This document shows, one piece after another, positions 55,172-64,000 of a DNA stretch of 64,000 nt; positions within the stretch are counted from its first letter, which is position 1; every line of letters begins with the position of its first letter. Both the position numbers and the translations under genes were made by a program. This stretch comes from Octopus sinensis (taxonomy: Eukaryota): NCBI RefSeq assembly GCF_006345805.1, contig NC_043002.1, positions 10,106,001-10,170,000 on the forward strand, written 5' to 3'. The notes beneath the pieces were generated by a model. It saw only the letters and a list, made by a program, of their open reading frames with translations. It ran no database searches and was not told the origin of the DNA.

Positions 55172-56742
55172 ATATATATATATGTATGTATATATATATA
55201 TTGTATATATATATATATGTATGTATATATATCCTTGTCTAGCGAAATACGTAATATATCTGAGTTTTATATATGGGATAAAATTTAAAGAAGGTTTGTT
55301 TTGAGTTCATCATTTTATGTAGTATCTTCAATGTGTGTGCTTTCTGCATACGGAATGTGAATGCTGTTTGTACAGAAATATGTATTAATTTGAACCGAAG
55401 TATCAAGTGAGACAACATGTATTAAGAGACAGAAAAAGAATCAAGTGAGAAAACATCAACATGATCAGCTGGTTAGCATAGTCTTAACATTGACATCGGG
55501 TTTGTAGTAAATGTCAGTATTCATACCGACTGGGGAAAGTAAAAACATGTTTTGTGCATAAGATGAATAATTTATTCAGCTGGCAAGACTATAAGGGATC
55601 AGTATATTGAGATTAAAACATGAAACATTGACATTGAGTGTTTAAAAGTTTGATGTTTGGGAGAAATAAGAACAAGTATGCACCATCAGAGAGGTCAGCT
55701 ACCAAGATAGAATTCAAGATCAACAGGAAAGAGGATAATTTGGGCAACTATTTCGAAATCTTTAATTTCTATTCCTAGATGATAATTTCTATACCTAACT
55801 GGTAAAAGTTAGAACATGTTTTGTGCATAAGATGAATAATTTATTCCGCTGACAAGACTATAAGTGATCAGTATATTGAGATAAACATTGAAACACATTA
55901 AGTGTTTAAAAGTTTGATGTTTGGGAGAAATAATAACAAGTATGCCCCATCGGAGAGGTCAGCTACCAAGATAGAATTCAAGATCAAAAGGAAAGAGGAT
56001 AATTTGGACAGCTATTTCGAAATCTTTAATTTCTATACCTAGATTATAAATTCACATTTAACCAATGATAATTACTGCTTTAGGTTTTGTGAGTTAATAC
56101 AATTAGATTATCACCACCTGGTCTGGAGCAACAAAGTTTGCTAATTATGATATTATATATCAGGGGGTGAATAGAATGGAATGGTGTTGGTATTTACGTA
56201 CTACATATGTTACAAAGGAATGGCCAAAGGGAGAGGTACGTTTCTTAAGTTATTAAGCAGGTGTTCTGTGTTCTTTCTCGTCGAGTAGTCTTTTATACTT
56301 CATTAAGATGTTCATTGTCAAAAAGAATTAAATACTTAAATAATCCTTCTTCGAAGCTTAATAATCTGCTGACGAATTGGCAACGGAGTAAGTGGCATTA
56401 TATTAACAAAGTACACTGCAGATATTCTTACTAAAGTTTAGTGAACGAACCGTCACGTAAACAAATTCAAAACATTAGAGTTCGCCGGTTAAATATACTA
56501 AAACACGGTGTAAAAGCAACCGTTCTGATCATTTTGGCCGCCATGGGTTTTGCAGTAAATCACTAAATCATCCATAACTTTTGTATTATCCTCTCAAATT
56601 ACAACAAAATCTCAGACAATAACAAATAATATCGTATTTATTGTCCGTGAAAATTATAGAATATAAAAAAACTTTGATAAAAACTTATACTTACTTTTCT
56701 GCCGAAAACAATGACGTTCTGAAAATTTTGGCCGCAACTGTA

Positions 56743-56785
<43 letters not shown>

Positions 56786-56815
56786 TATATATATAATATA
56801 TATATATATATATAG

Positions 56816-56850
<35 letters not shown>

Positions 56851-57198
56851 ATTAAAGTATGGTTACAGAACAAACAAATGTAAGGTCATCCACGTAACAT
56901 CTCGAACATTTAATCACATAATGCTTTTTCTTTCACATAGAATTTACATGCATAAAATCACGGAAGACGAAACACAACTCATCAAATCAAGCATATAAGA
57001 AAAATATAAGAAAAATGTGTGAATACAGTCCATCGTGGTTAAAGGTAATGATTAATACTTTAGCGACTAAACTTTATATACGTAGCACGGTAGATTTTAA
57101 GGCTAGATATAGACTTCTTAAATACGAAACCACGCAATATTGTGTTAGGTTTGGTTAAGAAGGTCTCGCTCTGGTACGTGATGTCTGTTTCCTTATTT

Positions 57199-57280
57199 TT
57201 CCCCTGACGAAGGAGTAATTATCGTGATGCACCCACGTGCATTAAATACGGTGATGTACTCCTGAAATGACCATAGGGAA
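57199..57280 (+). ncRNA. Duplicate of the 52594-52675 hammerhead
   Basis: Same sequence within the duplicated unit. Confidence 0.8.
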
Positions 57281-57903
57281 TGTAAATATGGTCTCTTCTT
57301 TTTTGCTTGGACACTGGCTTTTAACTATAGGTTTCCTTTATCTTGAAAAGTAATTTTTAATCGAAAAAAATTTCTAAACGATGAACTTTTATCTTACCTC
57401 AAATATTATATATTACTTATTTATATGCTTCCTATATATATGTATTTTTATATCTTTTTATATATCTATATATTTATATATTTCTTTATATTTTTATGTA
57501 TTTATCATTCTAGGTGTTGTATTGTTAAAAAAAAATTTTTAGTCGCTAAAGTATTAATCATTAACCTTTAACCACGATGGACTGTATTCACACATTTTTC
57601 TTATATTTTTCTTATATGCTTGATTTGATGAGTTGTGTTTCGTCTTCCGTGATTTTATGCATGTATATTCTATGTGAAAGAAAAAGCATTATGTGATTAA
57701 ATGTTCGAGATATGAAATGTTACGTGGATGACCCTGTATTGGTTTGTTCTGCAACCATAGTTTAATATATTTGTCTCATTTAATTGAGCACTTCTATAGC
57801 AGTCCTATCAAACATTTTGTTCCTGATAAGAAACTATCACTTTATTATTGATGATGATTCATTTGAATGAAACAGTACTAGTCCTGTAGAAGCTCCTTCT
57901 ATA

Positions 57904-57944
<41 letters not shown>

Positions 57945-58168
57945 TAATATATATATATACATACATACATACATACATACATAATATATATATATTACAT
58001 AATTATATATACAACATATATATATATATATATATACATACATATATATAATATACAAATATATATATACATACATATATATATATACATACATGTATAT
58101 ATAATATATATATATATATACATATATATTTATTATAAAACATATATATATATATATACATACATATA

Positions 58169-58209
<41 letters not shown>

Positions 58210-58259
58210 ACATATATATATATACACACATATATAATACATAATATATATATATAAAC

Positions 58260-58290
<31 letters not shown>

Positions 58291-58302
58291 CGAATATATA
58301 TA

Positions 58303-58386
<84 letters not shown>

Positions 58387-58953
58387 ATCCAAACAAGAAA
58401 AACAAACAACACGAGGACGTGGAACAAATAAAGTATTATTGGACGCTCAGGAAAGAAGGGAAGAAGGAGGGTTTAACGTTTCGAGCGGATCTCTTCGTCG
58501 GAAACACAGGAGAAGGAAAGATCTCGAGAAAGGAAGACAAAGGAAAAAAATCGCCAGCGGTACTCACGAGGTCACATATTGAAAGACCGGAAGTAGAAAG
58601 GTGGAAGAATAATGTTTTTTAAAGACAGGAGAGTTTTCAAAGACAGTATGGTAAAGACAAGGAAGTGAGAAGGGGAATGTGTGTGGATGTGTGCGTGCGC
58701 GGAGGTCTGCGTGTGCGCGCGTGTGTGTATGTGTGTGCGTGTGTGTGTGTATGTGTGTATGGCGAACAACTGGCTAGTAGCTGGCCAGTATGTAAGAATA
58801 AGGAGACATATATAAATACATATAGATATGTACAATATATATACATATATGTATGTATATATATGTAAATATAGATATGTTGTATATATATATATATATA
58901 TATAGGTATATATATATGTATGTATTCTATAAATATATATATGTATATATGTA

Positions 58954-59018
<65 letters not shown>

Positions 59019-59419
59019 TTTTACACACACACACCACATATATAATTATAAAACTTCATTTTCATCAGATTGTAAAGACCGTTCAGGAATATGTTTCATC
59101 GGACACCTAATAATAACTTTTGCTTCCTATGAGTTTGTCTGTGTGTCACTTTACTGCAGAGCACCACCTAGCGGAGGTTCAAAATATAATCAGCGTAAGT
59201 TGGTCCGACAAAGATATTCTCCGTATTTATCTCATTGTTTTCTCGCTTCATCACTGTCTTATATGCGTTTATGCCTTATATCTGTCTCTGTCTCTGTCTG
59301 TCTGTCTGTCTGCCTCTCTCTCTCTCTCTATCTGTCTATCTATCTGTCTGTCTAAGTATGTATGTATGTATCTCTCTCTCTCTCTCTGTATATATATATA
59401 CGAACAAACAAAGTAGAAT

Positions 59420-59755
59420 ATTAGTCCGAAGGATTAATAATTATAACGGTAGTTTTAGATTAATCCTTAATAACAACTTTAATAACTTCAAGTTTGTAAA
59501 TACTAATAATACTAAGAATAGCGCCGATAACGCAACCTCAACCAATAAGAATGCAGACAAGAGGATTAATATTAACAGAGGCAATAAACTACAGGCGATA
59601 CCCCAAATTGTGACTCTATCATTATTAATAACATGATAAGAAAAACTAATAATAATAGCAATTGCAATTGTAGGGAAAAATCCCATTGCCCGCTATTAGG
59701 TCAGTGTTTATTAGAGAATGTTATATATAAATGTACTCTAATGACGGAAACTAAT
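59420..59755 (+). mobile_element. Penelope-like element coding fragment
   Basis: CNCREKSHCPLLGQCLLENVIYKC, the Cys-rich linker and start of the GIY-YIG domain typical of Penelope-like elements. Confidence 0.75.
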
Positions 59756-59756
59756 A

Positions 59757-59826
<70 letters not shown>

Positions 59827-59837
59827 CATGTTTATAT

Positions 59838-60660
59838 AGGATGTCTCACAAAAATGTATACACACTTTAAATAATAGTAGAGTCGGTGTTTTTTAAAAAT
59901 ACATTCCCTTCTCAAAATTTAATGGAATCTACAGACATTACTTTATTGTTTTGTCAACGCCTGTTTTCAAACTGACTTACGTTCTGTTCCAGGTACTGCT
60001 GAAAATGCGAAGCTATGGAATCGCAAACATCACGAAACAATTCGTTTGGTATTTGTGCGCATTTCCGTTCTGTTGCTGCTTCAAATCAGCGACTGTTGCA
60101 GGTTTCATAGCGTACATTTTTGTCTTTTAGGTACCTCCCCCACCCAAATGTCTATTAGTGTGAGGTCTGGTGAACGCAGAGTGTATTTAAAGAAACTCCA
60201 TCATCCAATCAACCTGTTTAGAAAGATCACATCAAGAAAGGATCTAACATCGCGATGTTAGTGTGGGGTGCCACATCTTGCTGAAAATAAAACTCCTCAT
60301 CTTCAAAGTCCTCTATAATGCGTAGCACAAACGACTTTTACAGCAAGTTCAAGTAAACAGGACCAGTCACAGTAGCGTTAATTTAATCAACTTGATGATA
60401 AGCGACTGTACACTGTAACTATTGGTAAATTAACATGGTGTTCCATCATAACATGCGGATTCTCAGGTTCCCAGTAAGTGCAACTGTGGCGGTTCATTGA
60501 ACCATTTAATTTGAATGTGGCCTCATCACTTCCCACATTCTTTGTTGGAAAGTGTGCATTTTCTACACATCGTACCAAGTACCACTCGCCATACTGCACT
60601 ATTATATTTATACACATACATATATAGAGCGTATGAGCCAAAAAATGTAAACATCTTAAA
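59838..60660 (-). mobile_element. Tc1/mariner-superfamily transposase remnant with TIR
   Basis: [42 protein letters not shown]; TIR-like AGGATGTCTCACAAAAATGTATACACACTTT. Confidence 0.75.
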
Positions 60661-61338
60661 AGCCATTCCTTACGCTGCTTCATATAGATGTACAGGCGCC
60701 ATTTTTCGTCGTTAATAACGATCTGGTAAAGAAGTCATTGCTTGTGTCCACGAGTCGAGCGGTAAGGAGCAAACAAACCAGCGGAGATTGTTGAGTTTTT
60801 ATGTTGTCACTTAAAGCATGTGGAACCCATGCCCCATACTTCTGAACCTTTCCCATCGAGTGAAGATGCCTCTCTATAGTAGAGTGGGAGCATTCCATTT
60901 TCTTTGCCAGTTCCCTTGTCGTTTGACGAGAATGTTCGTGCAAAAGTTGGTTTAATCGCTCTTCATCGAATTCAACTGGACGGCCAGAACGAGGAGCGTT
61001 TTGAGGTCAAAATGTCCATATTTCAACCTGGCATACCAATCACGAGCGGTTCTTTCAGCTATGGCACCCTCTCCATACACAGCACAAATGTTGCAAGCAG
61101 TTTTTGCGGCCTTAGAACCTTGATTAAAAACAAAAAGAAGAATGTGTCGAAAATGCTCGCTTTTTTTAACTTGACATTCCATTTTAATGATTTGAAAATA
61201 AACAAAAATTAACTAAAATTAACTAGAAAAAAAACAAAACAATACAAAATAGATTCCAAAATGATTAAAAAATAGAATTCTCGAAAAAAAGATTCCAAAA
61301 TAAAGAAAAACAGCGGGAACTAAGTTACCAACACAATA
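60660..61338 (-). mobile_element. mariner 5' half with TIR
   Basis: HFRHILLFVF...ICAVYG, TTRELA, WVPHALS; TIR TATTGTGTTGGTAACTTAGTTCC. Confidence 0.88.
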
Positions 61339-61367
61339 GATAGATAGACAGACAGACAGATAAATAT

Positions 61368-61424
<57 letters not shown>

Positions 61425-62084
61425 CAGACAGGCAGACAGACAGATAGATAGGCACGCAACATGTTAAATTTTGAGATGACTCACTATAGAAGAAACGTCG
61501 TTTGGCTCAAAGGAACGGAGCTACGTGTGAAAGGTCCAAGTAAAGAGTGCTATAAAAGAAACCATTGTGGGTTAAAATGAAGATAATGTTGCATGTAAAT
61601 TCAGTTAAGCTTGTTATATACACAAATATACGTAAAGAAACAGACACACAAACACTCATATACACACATGCAGTACCACGTGCACACACACGTATCTATA
61701 TACAAGGATATAAAATATACTGAGGGTATGTATAAATTGAAAATATTTCACCAACTGACATTCATACAGCGATGTCATCTCGCAGCCTTAGTCGTGTACA
61801 AACAATTTGTTTTATTGTCTAATGAATAAATAAATAATAAACTAATTTTCTTTCTTGTATTAATATATATCAGAACATTTGTGATTTGAGTCAGTGTATG
61901 TCAAATCTTGAAATTTTCTTTTTAATGTAGCATACAGAAGTAATTTGTGAAAAAATTTTACGAAATTGGAGATAGGGATTCAAACCACAAAGGTCCTTAT
62001 ATCGTATGATGCGGCTGAATAATGTATAAATTAATATAGGTATAAAGGCTTGTTCATCAGGTCATAATAAATAAATAAATGCAC

Positions 62085-62335
62085 TCTTTTAAAGCCTAGC
62101 TAGGCTCATGGGCCCGGTTTCCCGGTTTCTATGGCGTATGTGTTCCCTAGCTGGACGGGACGCCAGTCCATCGCAGCGTTACTCATTTTTGCCAGCTGAG
62201 GGGACTGGAGCAACGGACTGAAGCTGAGTGGACTGAAGTGTTTTGCTCAAGAACAGAACGCGACGCCCGGTCCAGGTATCGAAACCACAATCTTATAATC
62301 CTGATGCTGACACCCTAACAACTAAGCCACGCGGT
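62085..62335 (-). mobile_element. SINE with family-C-type head and a third tail
   Basis: Shares TTGCTCCAGTC...CAGCTGGCAAAAATGAGT with family C, then continues into CGATGGACTGGCGTCCCGTCCAG. Confidence 0.75.
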
Positions 62336-62587
62336 GTCACTCATCAGGTCATAGAATATCATAATTATCTTTGTTTCATCGCTTCAGTACATATATATGT
62401 ATAAAAAGTAGAAAAATCTACATTCAAACACTGATATGTGGAAGGCAATAAGCAGTAAAATAAAAGAAACGCTTCACAATAGAAGTGGAGAAGGAGATTT
62501 AACAAGATATTGAAAATTAAACAGTGAATGTGCGCGGTGGAAGAATTGAAGATATATATATATATATATATATATGTGGTGTGTGTG

Positions 62588-62688
<101 letters not shown>

Positions 62689-62689
62689 T

Positions 62690-62875
62690 AGGGAGCGTTT
62701 ACGAAAAAAAAAAGACGAAGACAGGTGGCGTACAAAACAAACAGATGTATTAGTATAACGCTCAGGAATAGAAAAAGTATTTTACATTTCGAGCCTACGC
62801 TCTTCTACAGAAAGGGACACGGAAAAAACAAGGAGAGAAAAAATGTGTGTAGTGGCTAACGATCTATCATAGCGC
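62690..62875 (-). mobile_element. Penelope-type terminal repeat, family F, HHR-like motif at 62780-62813
   Basis: UUU-CUGUAGA-A-GAGC-GUAG-GCUC-GAAAU-GUA-AAA; (TA)n on both sides. Confidence 0.7.
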
Positions 62876-62929
<54 letters not shown>

Positions 62930-63796
62930 ATATATTATATATATATAGGGAACATTATATATTTATCATTGATAACCTAGAAGTAAAAACTAATCGAGAA
63001 GAGAAAATTCGGAACTATAGAAAGCTTTGTAAATATTTTCTTTATGAAACAAAGCGATTGATGTGAAAGGGACAAGAAAGATATTGCAAGTAGAAATAAA
63101 TAAATGTGAAAAATTAGGATGGAAAGAGAGAAGACTGGGCATGAGCAATATTAGTTCGTAATGAAGATGTAATCATTAAAATATATAAGTTAAAGGAGCA
63201 AAAGAAATATCTGTATGATTCCTCACCATTATGTTGCTTCTTGATAGCTGTTAGCATTTACCCACCTGATAAAAATATTGGACTGTTTATATAATCGACT
63301 TGACCACATGGAATACAACGACCATTTAAATTTCAATCAAATTTAGAGACTAACAATATCTATAAAAAATTTAATTGTGCATTTTATATATATGTAACTG
63401 TATTATACCAATGATCATACATTTCTCAATATTATCTTAACTAATGTATGGCAATAGTTTTTTTTATTAGTTTAAAATATTACAATACCTTTCATCTAAA
63501 ATACGAATATATATTTTATACACTCGTAATGTATTACTTATTACCAATTGGATTCACTGAATTCCAACTATACATCACACACGTCTGATTTCGTTTGGTT
63601 CACTATGTGGTTCGTTGACTGATACATGAAGTTGTTTTCTATGAGTATCACCGGATTTGTTTAATACATATATTCACCATTATTTATATAAGGATACATA
63701 TATATATAAGATATATATAATATATATATATAATATAATATAGGATAAAATGGCCAGCATATTAAAAAATACCTTTAAAGGTTAAATTTATAAACA

Positions 63797-63990
63797 ACTT
63801 ATAAACAAGGGCAGAAGAAAAAATTCTAATGCCAAATATGCTGAAAATAGACAAATTGTCAATAACCCATAAATTTATTACTATAAGCACGCATGCTTAT
63901 TGTGATAGATTATATGGTTGTTGACGATTTGTCTATTTTAGGCATATTTGGCATTAGAAATTTTTTCTTTTAACCTTGTTTATAAGTTAT
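63797..63990. repeat. ~190-bp imperfect palindrome
   Basis: AACTTATAAACAAGG...ATAAGCA-CGCA-TGCTTAT...CCTTGTTTATAAGTT. Confidence 0.88.
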
Positions 63991-64000
63991 ATATATATAT

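Larger units (their letters stand above)
50641..58990. repeat. Direct-inverted-direct segmental duplication
   Basis: 50641-~54330 is repeated at 55230-~58990; 54400-55229 is an inverted copy of the unit's last ~800 bp. Confidence 0.92.

Overview
AT-rich, repeat-saturated animal (eukaryotic) DNA, most likely octopus/cephalopod judging from the SINE families; that assignment is an inference. No host protein-coding gene, rRNA, true tRNA gene or CRISPR array can be supported, and most listed ORFs are read-throughs of microsatellites. The window holds decayed non-LTR retrotransposons (R4/Dong-like elements with a restriction-like endonuclease in AAT arrays, RTE, CR1, Tx1/L1-like, Penelope-like), at least four tRNA-derived SINE families with swapped head and tail modules, non-autonomous Helitrons, mariner/Tc1 remnants, a fold-back MITE with an 8-bp TSD, and a ~8.3-kb direct/inverted/direct duplication. 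The most notable signal is about a dozen hammerhead-ribozyme (HHR) motifs in Penelope-type repeats. They include a head-to-head pair of tRNA-headed, HHR-tailed elements (15.2-15.8 kb), an intact-looking HHR with a long stem II inside a large inverted repeat (52.6 and 57.2 kb), and a family with a recurrent non-canonical core (CUGUnGA). All folds were read by eye and none is shown to be active.
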